In this document: positions 1-9,658 of the stretch, piece after piece
Layout: every line of letters begins with the position of its first letter
Position numbering within the stretch: the stretch's first letter is position 1
From: Octopus sinensis
Taxonomy: Eukaryota
Direction: 5' to 3'
Assembly: GCF_006345805.1 (NCBI RefSeq)
Contig: NW_021824746.1
Span: 1-17,806, forward strand
Length of the DNA: 17,806 bases
The notes under the pieces: model-generated
Told to the model about the DNA's origin: nothing
The model's input: only the letters and a program-made list of their open reading frames with translations
The model's database searches: none
Program-made: the position numbers and the translations under genes

Positions 1-128
1 TCGACAATGTAGAGCTAGATTCATTATGGCAGGACTAGAAACATATGATGTGGTCACAACTGGAACATCCTTAATTATGGGTCTACCAGGTCAGGTCTGA
101 TTCGACCTAGGGTTAATCAACAACAACT
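1..128 (+). mobile_element. 3' end of a retroposon (SINE/LINE tail) ending in (CAA)n, cut by window start
   Basis: TGGTCACAACTGGAA matches TGGTCACGGCTGGAA near 10527-10541 (13/15). Both continue into a TCAG..TGA..CT.GG..AACAA tail. Family assignment is inference. Confidence 0.4.
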
Positions 129-253
129 CACAATAGACCTTGTGACAAAAGAACAATAAAAATATATTTAAAAAAAGTAAAACAAAAATTGAAACAAGAA
201 TTTCATTACTTTGCAATGTTAAGCATAATATCTTCCCGTGGGTATATAGTTAT

Positions 254-795
254 GAATATGTGTTTGTGTATGTGAGTATGTGTGTGTGTATATACAGTGT
301 ATAAATGAAAGTTAAAGTTAACTGTATTTCTATATGCATGAATGTATGTATGTGTATATATTTATGTATGTGTATGTATGTATGTATGTATGTATGTATG
401 TATGTATGTATGTAGATATGTATGTATGTATGTATGTAAAAAAAGGAACGGCTTCACACATGTCTAGTTACTGCTATATGTTTGTGTGTATATATGTATA
501 TGTATATATATAAATATATATATATTTATATTTATATATAAACACATATATTTACACACACACACACAGAGAGTTTTGACCGACTTCCAACAATCTATAA
601 ACATATCCACATATGTGTGTGTATGTGTGTATGTGTATGTGTGTGTGTGTATGTGTGTGTGTGTGTGTGTGTGCTCTAAATATAAAAGAACGTTAGGACG
701 TGTATGCGTGTTTGTCTGTGTGTGTTAGTGTGTGTGTTATGTGTGTGTGTGCGCGTATGCGTGCGTGCGTGTGTGCGTGCGCATGCGTGTGTGTA
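254..795. repeat. Compound microsatellite block: (TG)n, (TATG)n (~363-437), (TA)n, (CA)n, (TGCG)n
   Basis: Directly visible tandem units; accounts for ORF 486..728. Confidence 0.95.
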
Positions 796-978
796 TGATC
801 CTGTGAAACACTAAAGGGTCACCGCTTTTTTGGGCCCCCTATAATTTTTTACAGAGCGGAGGCACAGTAAGTTTAGTATAGATAACCTCCCCACCACTCC
901 TCCCAAGATAAAATTCGGTTATGGATAAGAAAAAAATGTCACTTCACACCTCTAAAATGCGCGGTAAAGTTTCGTGCC

Positions 979-1008
979 TTATTTATTTATTTATTTATTT
1001 ATTTATTT
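979..1008. repeat. (TTTA)n microsatellite
   Basis: Directly visible. Confidence 0.95.
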
Positions 1009-1163
1009 GCTGTTCGTGGGTGGCTGGATTGGGCCCTCGACGCTGGGAAATATGCAAATTAAACTTTTTATGCAGTTAAAACATTTAATATATTAGGAAT
1101 AGCATAATGTGTGTATTCAGATATTAAAACATATATTCGTATGAGATTTCATATGTGTAAGTG

Positions 1164-1164
1164 T

Positions 1165-1214
<50 letters not shown>
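1164..1214. repeat. (TA)n microsatellite
   Basis: Directly visible. Confidence 0.95.
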
Positions 1215-1219
<5 letters not shown>

Positions 1220-1275
1220 TAATTAGGGTTCAGCTAACTGCTTCACCACATTAGCTGAACCCTAATTATAATTAT
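1213..1275. repeat. Perfect 25-bp inverted repeat with 13-nt spacer
   Basis: ATAATTATAATTAGGGTTCAGCTAA (1213-1237) is the exact reverse complement of 1251-1275. Confidence 0.95.
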
Positions 1276-1331
1276 GTGGATAATTTTACCTATAAAGGTT
1301 ATTTTAACGTACCGATATACTTGGTAAATTG

Positions 1332-1381
1332 TTAATTAATTGATTAATTAATTAATTAATTAATTAATTTAATTAATTAAT
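1332..1381. repeat. (TTAA)n self-complementary tetranucleotide repeat
   Basis: Directly visible, with two interruptions. Confidence 0.9.
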
Positions 1382-1527
1382 ATTACCCTTCTATTATCAA
1401 TTTATATACATATATACAGGCATACATATACAAATACAGAAACGCATGCTCATTTACACACACGAATTTATGTACATATATACATAAGAGTGTGCATGTA
1501 TAGGTATATGTGTGTGTATATATGTAT

Positions 1528-1528
<1 letters not shown>

Positions 1529-1576
<48 letters not shown>

Positions 1577-1602
1577 GAGAGAGATAGATAGATAGATAGA
1601 TA
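1529..1602. repeat. (GATA)n microsatellite
   Basis: Directly visible; gives the YLSI repeats in ORF 1383..1619. Confidence 0.95.
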
Positions 1603-2245
1603 TACGCGTTCGCGCACATGCATACATGTGAATATATACAAATGTATGTATTTACGTATATACAGAGAATGAAAATAAAACGAAAATAAGGGTAAATAAT
1701 GATATAATATTGCTTTTAATTAATTCCAAAATATATTAATAAAATTAAATCGCTTTAAAATATGATATCTATTGAAAAACAGATCCCCACGATCAAATCA
1801 TTTCAAAATACAATATTTCATTTTCCAAAGTATATCATATCTGAAACACATTGCTACAAGTAAATCACTTCAAGATTACGTGTGCCAAGGTACATAATTT
1901 TGATATTCAAATCATTTCAATATAGATTAAGCTCCCAAAAGAACATGCTTATAAAGATACCTAATTAAATATTTTAAATTATATAATTACAACCGGTTTC
2001 ACTTCTTGTAGATGATATTCAACGTATATCACTTATATTACTTAGAAAATGCATGATGATTCACCAACAACAGGTACATGAGCCGAACACTAGAAAAATG
2101 AAAAATTCGATTCAGCGAGCGTTTGGATAGATGTGCATGAACCTTTGAGAGAACTATATAGAATGTTTTTATTGTAAAATATAAGGTTTAACTCGTTGTC
2201 CAACTATTGACATTTATTGAGATTTACTTTTAATTCATTTAGTAA

Positions 2246-2772
2246 CCCTTAAACAGCGGGAAAATGTTGCATGAATATATGCGCTAAACCGAGCAAAAAT
2301 CAAAAAATATGTTGTTCTTCCGGGTAATTTTTATTCTTATTTTCACTTCAAGTACAAAAGCTATAATAATTGTTAGTTTCTCACCCAATAAAATTGACGA
2401 TCTATTTATCGCAAGATATTCACTGTCTTTTGTCTCTGGTATGAGCATAAATTCATTTCAGATGCCCTTTTTGTTGTTGTCAAACAAATGTACAAATGGA
2501 GAAAATTCGGTGCATTTTTTCCATCCAGGACTAGTTGAAGCATCACTTTCTTTTTTGCTATCTAGAACGTCGTCATCATCATCACATGCTTCGTCTGATG
2601 ATGAAGGAAAGTCATAAAAACTTTATCATATCCATTTAGGATATGATTTCTCCCCATAATAAAAGCCGCTTAAGCTAAGGCACATTTGACGAAGCGGCCA
2701 CTCGGGCATCTTAATTACCGTATACATGTAAAATTTTTAAAACATCAACTGATGATGTCCGCTCTTTGAGTG
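2246..2772 (-). mobile_element. Internally deleted piggyBac-like DNA transposon
   Basis: Terminal inverted repeats CCCTTAAACAGCGG (2246-2259) and revcomp of 2759-2772 CACTCAAAGAGCGG match 11/14. Flanks are GTAA (2242-2245) and TTAA (2773-2776). The minus strand encodes an acidic N-terminus (DFPSSSDEACDDDDDVLD...) and, after a frameshift, IVNFIG*ETNNYY, resembling the piggyBac IV.ETN.Y motif. Stops present. Confidence 0.55.
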
Positions 2773-2859
2773 TTAATCTTTATAATATATGTCTTTCTAT
2801 ATACTTGAAATGCAAAAATTTACATCCATATATAAATTGGGTCTACTGATAAACTATTT

Positions 2860-3086
2860 TTTAAATGCTTCAGCTTCAAAGCTGCGGTCACGCTGGAGCA
2901 CCACCGTTGACTGAGCTACACCATTATTTGAAACCCCCACTGATATGTGACATTTGGTCAATGTGTGAGTTTGATGCTGCTGTCCTCATCTGTGTTTCCT
3001 GCCGCGAGGTAGGATCGTCTGGAACCCTTGAGAGGAAGAGATCCAGTTTGGTTTTAAAGACACTTACATCTACACCATGCAAGTCT
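2860..3086 (-). mobile_element. 5'-truncated CR1/L2-like LINE 3' end
   Basis: Minus-frame DLHGVDVSVFKTKLDLFLSRVPDDPTSRQETQMRTAASNS is 31/40 identical to the copy in ORF 6049..6312. It is followed by the shared stem-loop tail (2871-2905). Clade label is from motif recognition. Confidence 0.8.
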
Positions 3087-3089
3087 ATA

Positions 3090-3656
3090 ATAGAGGTGAC
3101 AAAGAGCGTATCCGGCATATTTTGCTATATGAGTTCAATAAAGACAACAACGCAGCGGAAAGTGCGAGAAATATTAATGCAGTATATGGGGATCGGACAA
3201 TAAGCGTAAGTCAGTGTCAACGGTGGTTCCAGAAATTCCGAACCTCGTCATGGAAGATCTGTAGAGCTCGACGAGGATGTCTTGCAAACCCTAGTGAAGC
3301 AACTGTTGAGGAACTAGCAGAGAAGCTTGGATTTGGTCATTGAACCATTCACCGACACCTGCGTACCATCGGAAAAGTCAGCAAGTTGGGTCAATAGGTT
3401 CCTCACCAACGTTCCGAATCTAATCGCACGCAGAGTGAATGCGTGCTATTTTTTGTTGTCACGTCTTACGAATGAACCTTTTTCGGACCGAATACTGACT
3501 GGTGACGAGAAATGGGTTCTCTATAAAAATATCAAGCGCCGAAGACAGTGAGTGGGGAAAGAAGAAACAGCGGCACCCCAGGCTAATGAAGGCCTTCACC
3601 CACGTAAGGTGTTGTTATATGTTTGGTGGGAAATGAAAGGATTTGTCCATTTTGAA
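3090..3656 (+). pseudogene. Decayed mariner transposase (N-terminal HTH to start of catalytic domain)
   Basis: KERIRHILLYEFNK..AAESARNINAVYG..QCQRWFQKFR (HTH); *VPH at 3395 (WVPHEL motif with W to stop); TGDEKW at 3498-3515 (first catalytic Asp); GLHPRKVLLYVWW. Has stops, frameshifts and an internal deletion; truncated before YSPDL. Confidence 0.92.
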
Positions 3657-3736
3657 CGTATTAGTGTACGTATTAATTTTTCAGTTTGCAATCTATTTCG
3701 AAGTTACTGTCAACCTGTTACTTCAAAAACTCTTAT

Positions 3737-3782
<46 letters not shown>

Positions 3783-3835
3783 CAGATAGACAGGCAAGCA
3801 GACAGACAGATAGACCGACGAATAGATAGATAGAT
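3737..3835. repeat. (GATA)n/(GACA)n compound microsatellite
   Basis: Directly visible. Confidence 0.95.
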
Positions 3836-4228
3836 GTTTAAATTCATGTATGCATTTATGTAAGCATGTATGTATGTATTCACACAAGGATATAGATATG
3901 TGTATACACGTGTGTCCCACGGCCTTTGTAATGTAGTAGACCTCACGTACGCACAAACCTTTCTCTATTTCCAGTTTTATAGGGTGAGCTGACCTCTTAA
4001 TGTCGCCCACATGCAAGCAACACAAACAACGAAACAAACAACATGCTTTCTTATCTGACTGTACAGTAATCATATTTGTTGATAATCTGTTACATTTAAG
4101 ACAAGATTACGAGTTTCACTGAGGAAATACAAAGTGGTTTAAATCAACCACCACATCAGCTTGGTAACAATCTTATCTCCACAAACCGCTGGTACATAAT
4201 GTTAATTTCACTAGCATTTGAACTTCGG

Positions 4229-4230
<2 letters not shown>

Positions 4231-4281
<51 letters not shown>

Positions 4282-4406
4282 CGTGTGTGTGTGTGTGTGT
4301 GTGTGCATGTGCGTGCGTGTGTGTATGCACTGTTCCGTGATAGAAAGATCATCAAAAAAGTACTCCATCTGATATATATAAATATATATATTGTGTTTAT
4401 TAAATA

Positions 4407-4440
<34 letters not shown>
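4231..4440. repeat. (TG)n (4231-4324) and (TA)n (4372-4440) microsatellites
   Basis: Directly visible. Confidence 0.9.
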
Positions 4441-4443
<3 letters not shown>

Positions 4444-5219
4444 TTTTCTATTTTTTACTTATAAATATTCCACTGAGGAGGGAGCCGGTTTTCAACAAAG
4501 ATACAGGGCTCCATCTTTGGGATATAGTTAACACAGACAACTTCACATTTGGAACCTGAGAAAGGTCTTGCATATTTTTATTGTTCCACTCACAGATTGC
4601 ACTTATAATGTACTTATTATCGGTCGATATCTCTTCCTGAAAATCCCCGTTTATCCAGATTCTCCTTTAAGCATTTGCTAACAAAACCTAGTGCTCCAAT
4701 TATCATTGGTATGAATATGAATTCATGGTCTGGGTATAGAAGCTGTAGGTTTTGAAGCAGTTGTCCGTAGATATCCTCTTTCTCTTTGATTACCAAAGAG
4801 ATATTTATATCTGAAGGGCAGCTGACCTCTCTGATGGTACATACCTTTGCCCCTCTGTCCCAAACTACAATATCCGGACTGTTATGTTTACATTTGACAA
4901 AGGTTTGGTTGGAAACATTCCACCAGTATTCCTTGGGTTGGTGTTTATGAATGTATTCCATAACAGAGGATTTTTCTAAGTTTATTTCAGGACAGTCATT
5001 TTTGCGGATGGCATTGTAAATTGTTTTAGCAACAACATCGTGCCGCAAAGAGAGGTAGAACCGTGACGAGAGTTTAGAAATATGACTTAGCCTACACATA
5101 CGGTTGCACTTTGGGATTATAAGAGCGTCACTGTCTCTCTTGTTTACCCGGTACTAAGTGGCAATCTCCTGTTCCTGGATTACAAACGTATAGCCTTCAA
5201 AGTGTGATGTAGTAGTCTT
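4441..5219 (-). mobile_element. 3' fragment of an RLE-type (PD-(D/E)xK) non-LTR retrotransposon, R4/Dong-like
   Basis: Minus-strand remnant 5219 to 4543: SHFEGYTFVIQEQEIAT*, a partly deleted Zn knuckle (MCRL), RHD, HNSPDIVVWD..EVSCP, KEKEDIY, IIGALG, and C-terminus SGTIKICKTFLRFQM* (TGA at 4543-4545). A ~100-nt 3' UTR follows and abuts (TA)n. Confidence 0.85.
4465..4525 (+). ncRNA. Decayed type-I hammerhead-like motif (GAAA/stem III lost)
   Basis: Stem I ATATTCCA (4465-4472) / TGGGATAT (4518-4525); CTGAGGA (4473-4479); stem II GGAGCC (4481-4486) / GGCTCC (4507-4512). ATCTT lies where GAAA-stem III-UH should be. Confidence 0.45.
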
Positions 5220-5220
5220 G

Positions 5221-5234
5221 TATGCATGTATGTA

Positions 5235-5265
<31 letters not shown>

Positions 5266-5278
5266 TATATATATTAAT

Positions 5279-5313
<35 letters not shown>
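5221..5313. repeat. (TATG)n/(TA)n microsatellite
   Basis: Directly visible. Confidence 0.9.
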
Positions 5314-5314
<1 letters not shown>

Positions 5315-5448
5315 GAGGTAATGGTGTCATTGAGACCCAAATGTGTCAGGTAATGCTGAATAAATGCTATAGACAGACCATAGTTAAGTTCCAGATTCTG
5401 TAATATTGGGAATAAAGGGTTCAACGCTGGTTTTATGTCAGCATGTGT

Positions 5449-5605
5449 ATATAAGAATTTTTTGCGCAATAAGATAAAAAAAACCCAAGGCTGTATAGAT
5501 ACTAGAGCATTTATAGATAAAAGGTTTTACAGTTATCTATCTATAAATGCTCTAATATCTATACAGCCTTGGTTTTTTATCTTATTACGCAAAAAATTCT
5601 TATAT
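5449..5605. repeat. ~70-bp-arm inverted repeat (MITE-like hairpin), 18-nt spacer
   Basis: 5449-5519 versus revcomp of 5538-5605: two substitutions and a 3-nt indel in an A/C run. Confidence 0.92.
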
Positions 5606-5727
5606 GTGTATATCTATATATATACATACATACATAACATATATATACTATATATATATATATATATATATAATATACTTACACATACATACATATATAT
5701 ATATATATATAATATATATATATATAC
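5606..5727. repeat. (TA)n/(TACA)n microsatellite
   Basis: Directly visible. Confidence 0.9.
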
Positions 5728-5815
5728 AGGCAGACAGACAGATATTGTCAATGGATCATATATCTGTAAAAGAAGCACGCTCTAAACGCTAGAGCAGTAA
5801 TGTATTTATTTACAA

Positions 5816-7291
5816 GAAGTTAATTATATGGCCGGCCATAGAGTGATTAATAGTTTTGCACTCATAAAGCGCACTTAGCTATATAAACGACTTGTCAGAC
5901 TGCCATGGCAACGAACTCTGAGAAGTTGGGCGGAGGTAAAGGACATGGACTGCAACCCCTTTCGAATTTTTTTTTATGCCATAATATACATCTGTAAGAT
6001 CCTGGCATCGAGAGTTACACAAATACTAGAACTGGGCACCACTGCATAGTGACAAGGACTCCAAATTTGCCATCAAGATGTAGGACAAGATACTGTGATA
6101 GCCTGGGCTTCAGAGGTCCACAGCTCTTCAATATCCTCCCGAAGGACCTGAGAGACCTGAAGGGAATGGATGTAGGTGTCTTCAAAATAAAGCTGGATCT
6201 CTTCCTGTCAGGTGTCCCAGATGAACCAACTTCGCGGCAGGAGGTGCAGATGAGGGCAGTTGCATCAAACTCTCTCATGCACCAAGTGTCAATTGCTAAA
6301 AAGCATTCGTGAAGTGAAATCATGTAACAATACCAAATGGCGGTGCCCCAGCATGGCCGCAGCTCGTGAGCTGACACTAGATAAAGAAAGAAAGTAAAGA
6401 AAGAAACCCACCTTTTCGGCTGCGGAGATTCCGAATCTGCAAAAAACAAATCGGCATTTCAAAATTTTAAGCCCCCGCCTCAACCACACCCTTCCCCTCC
6501 TACTAAAATAGCAGACGTAAAAAGTATCTAAACAGAAACTCGACATGCTAGAAACACCAGCTAAACGACGAATCACCTTTTCAAAATTTTAATTTCCCTC
6601 ACCCCTATTTTTTTCTTTACCAGAGGGGTGAAGAGGGGGAAAATTAAAATTTTGAAAACGTGTTTTGGGGGTTTTCAAAATCTTCAATTTTTAAGTACGT
6701 TCCAACCGGAAAGTCCGACAAGCTAGAAACAACAGCCAAACCGAAGATCCACTTTCTAAATACGAATTACCAAAAAAGAATAAATTATTTAAAATGTAAT
6801 TTTGTTGTCGTGTGTGTGCAAAAGACTAATTTTTACATAAATAAATAAATAAATAGATAAACACCCCGACCATCGACCACAACATGTTCACTTTCTGTCA
6901 CAGATGCGCCGGCGGAGGGGAGGGGTGTTTATTTATCTATTTATTTATTTATTTTTAAAAAATTGAAATTTGACAAAATTTTTTTTCCAGAATCATAATC
7001 TCAGCATTTTTGTATGTATCTTACCCAAAATATTCTAAAAGAAGTAAAAAAAAATTGTGGACGTAGGGTGGGGGGGATAAAAATTTTGAAATGCCGATTT
7101 TTTTTTTGCAGCAGCAGCAGCAGATTCGGAATCTCCGCAGTCAGAAAAGCGGGTTTCTATAATAATTTAAAAAAACCCGAAAGTGGGTGCGGTCCATGTC
7201 CTTTACCTCCGCCACAAGTTATATATAAGGCTAAGAGCTTTACGGATGCGAAACTATTGGTCACTCTTTGGCCGGCTACATAATTATCTTC
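5816..7291. mobile_element. Non-autonomous foldback/MITE-like element with long imperfect terminal inverted repeats
   Basis: 5816-~5975 plus ~6402-6480 match the revcomp of ~7065-7291. Shared blocks include TAATTAT..GCCGGCCA.AGAGTGA, GGCGGAGGTAAAGGACATGGAC and CTGCGGAGATTCCGAATCTGC..AAATCGGCATTTCAAAATTTT. The left arm is interrupted by a LINE. No transposase. Confidence 0.8.
5975..6401 (+). mobile_element. 5'-truncated CR1/L2-like LINE 3' end inserted in the foldback left arm
   Basis: YAIIYICKIL../..TGHHCIV..YCDSLGFRGPQLFNILPKDLRDLKGMDVGVFKIKLDLFLSGVPDEP..SNSL is an RT C-terminal region. Stem-loop tail at 6339-6373, then an (AAAG)n-like tail. Confidence 0.85.
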
Positions 7292-7793
7292 CTACCTTAA
7301 CTTTACCTCCCACCCTAACCACACCAATTTCTCCATCGCCATCTCTCAATTTCTCCTTCTACGCAGACTCTGCAGTGACGACCATTATCCACATTGCCCT
7401 TGCTAGGGCACGATCTGTGGAGCGTGCCTCTGCTCTTTCTCCTCGCCCCCGCCCCCTGACCTCTCCCGTTTCCCCTCGCCTACCATCCCGCCAACACACC
7501 ATTCTCCGAGCCTTCCTGCGACTCCAGTCCGACCCCTCCACCTCGCAAATCTTCGTTAACCTACACCTTCCTTCCTTCAAACGAGCCCATAACCTGCGTA
7601 ACCTTCTGGTCCACAGTTTCCTCCCTGCGCCTGCCTCCCAGCCTGCCTCCTTCTGCTGCTCCCACCCACGCTGTCGCACCTACTCCTACCTTTCCAACAC
7701 CACCATCCTCACTGGCACTCATCACCGTCCCTATCATGTCACCCACTCCTTTCCCTGCACCTCTAGTAATGTTATTTACTGCATCTCCTGCTC

Positions 7794-7794
<1 letters not shown>
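7292..7794 (+). mobile_element. Penelope-like element fragment (RT thumb, linker, start of GIY-YIG)
   Basis: YLNFTSHPNHTNFSIAISQFLLLRRLCSDD; after a frameshift [18 protein letters not shown] and [15 protein letters not shown] (first GIY-YIG motif). Truncated by (AGAT)n at 7795. Confidence 0.85.
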
Positions 7795-8053
<259 letters not shown>

Positions 8054-8078
8054 TGTTTCTTTATTGGCCACGCAAGGC

Positions 8079-8760
8079 TGCAAAATCCTGGACTTGCCCA
8101 TGATAAAAACTGGTGGGAACACAAACCACCCCCAGTACTTGAAAATGATTACATCTCACTCCTCTGGAACTTCACCATTCAAACTGACAGAAAGATAGAC
8201 GCAAATAGGCCAGACATCATATTGAAAGACTTCATGCCTCCTCATTGATATGACTGTCCCAATCGATATAAACGTATCTGTCAAGACCTACAAAAAACTG
8301 AGCAAGTATAAAGATCTTGAAATAGAAATAAGCGAAATGTGAAACCTGAAGACTAAAACAATACTTGTTGTCATAGGTGCCCTGGGAATGATAGCAAAAG
8401 GGGCTGATTGCTACCTAGCTCAGATACCAGGAAACCCCAAAATGGCAGAAGTTCAAAAGATAGTGCTCATGGGAACTGCCCATATCCTACGCAAAATACT
8501 TTCTATGTAATCTCAAGTTTTAAAACAAACACATAATTTTCTTATGGTTTTTTAAACATTCTCTAGAACAACACTATGTACAGAACTAAATATATGGTAC
8601 CCTAGGCATATGACACCAACATGGACTTCTAACTTCTTGTCTCTTGAGATCTCTGAAACTTGGAGCCAACTTGTAGAAAGGTAAAGCAAATTCAAACATC
8701 AATTAATACTACTAAATAATAATAATAATAATATAATAATAATAATCATAATAATAATAA
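8079..8760 (+). mobile_element. RLE-type (R4/Dong-like) non-LTR 3' end, subfamily 1, with (TAA)n tail
   Basis: [37 protein letters not shown] / CLLIDMTVP..KLSKYKDL..M*..VVIGALG..GTAHILRKILSM* (TAA 8508-8510). Frameshifts and an internal stop. 3' UTR to ~8710, then (AAT)n. Confidence 0.9.
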
Positions 8761-8788
8761 GAATATATAGTAATATAATAATAAATAT

Positions 8789-8994
8789 TCAGACAAATAC
8801 ATAACAAAAACACCAGGACTTACAAACACATTTAAACATAGAGAAAATTGCACTACTAGGCACTGCACACATCCTACGCAGAACACTTTCCATACAATAA
8901 CCATCAGAGCATCACAACAAATCACAGCACATACCCAAGGCACACAGAGCTGCGCTCGGTAGTGAAGTGAAAGCACGCTATAAAAATAAAACTA

Positions 8995-9059
<65 letters not shown>
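8789..9059 (+). mobile_element. RLE-type non-LTR 3' end, subfamily 2, with (TAA)n tail
   Basis: SDKYITKTPGL../EKIALLGTAHILRRTLSIQ* (TAA 8898-8900) shares GTAHILR with subfamily 1 but has a different 3' UTR. (AAT)n at 8999-9059. Confidence 0.85.
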
Positions 9060-9061
<2 letters not shown>

Positions 9062-9094
9062 TATTCTTTTTATATTTTTATATAAAAAGAATAA

Positions 9095-9095
<1 letters not shown>

Positions 9096-9142
<47 letters not shown>

Positions 9143-9376
9143 TATTATTATATTATTATTATTATTATTTATATTATTATTATTATTATTATTATTATTT
9201 TATGTTTGAATTTTTGCTTTACCTTTGTACAGTTGGCTCCAAGTTTCAGAGACCTCAAGAGAAACTGGAGCCAACTTGTACAAAAGGTAAAGCAAAAATT
9301 CAAACATAAAATAATAATTAATTAATAATAATAATAATAATAATATAATAATAATAATAATAATAATAACAATAAT
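9096..9376. mobile_element. Two head-to-head copies of the subfamily-1 RLE 3' terminus, tails pointing outward
   Basis: Revcomp of ~9191-9261 (CTCTTGAGGTCTCTGAAACTTGGAGCCAACTGTACAAAGGTAAAGCAAAAATTCAAACAT) and the plus copy from 9261 both match 8641-8699. (ATT)n lies on the left and (AAT)n on the right. Confidence 0.9.
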
Positions 9377-9572
9377 CCTTGTACAAGACCTGGAGGAGGG
9401 AACCAGTCGATTACATCGACCGCTGTGTTTCAGTGGTACTTAATTTATCAACGCCGAAAGAATGAAAGGCAAAGTCCACCTCTGCGGAATTTGAACTCAG
9501 AATGTAAAAACGGACGAAATGCCGCTAAGCATTACGGTCGGTGTCCTGATGATTCTATTATCTTGCCGCCTC
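9371..9572 (-). mobile_element. tRNA-derived SINE (family A) with (TTA)n tail
   Basis: Minus: GAGGCGGCAAGATAATAGAATC head, B box GAGTTCAAATTCC (9486-9498), GTCGATGTAATCGAC body, tail AAGGATTATTG(TTA)n merging with the (AAT)n tract. Confidence 0.8.
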
Positions 9573-9658
9573 TCAAAAAATATAGTCCTGTTGGAGCTTT
9601 GCATGTTGGTGACGAAAGTCGCATTTATTTCTGCTCATAAATTAATGATAAAGAATTT

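Noticed and set aside
1052-1059. Octamer ATGCAAAT
   Set aside because: A single 8-mer in AT-rich DNA with no snRNA gene or PSE nearby.
1223-1228. TTAGGG telomeric hexamer in the hairpin arm
   Set aside because: One unit only; not an array.
1985-2030. Minus-strand TTGAATA...GAAACCGGTT, a possible fourth hammerhead
   Set aside because: The CUGANGA box has two changes and stems I and II are not convincing.
3961-3990. Possible 9-nt microexon (CCAG|TTTTATAGG|GTGAGC)
   Set aside because: Such splice-like matches are common by chance and there is no host gene context; needs junction reads.
5315-5440. Open frame on the minus strand between repeats
   Set aside because: No recognisable motif and no clear pair of splice sites.
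6015-6449. ORFs 6015..6449 (-) and 2865..3203 (+), which resemble each other
   Set aside because: Both are antisense readings of the same LINE 3' end.
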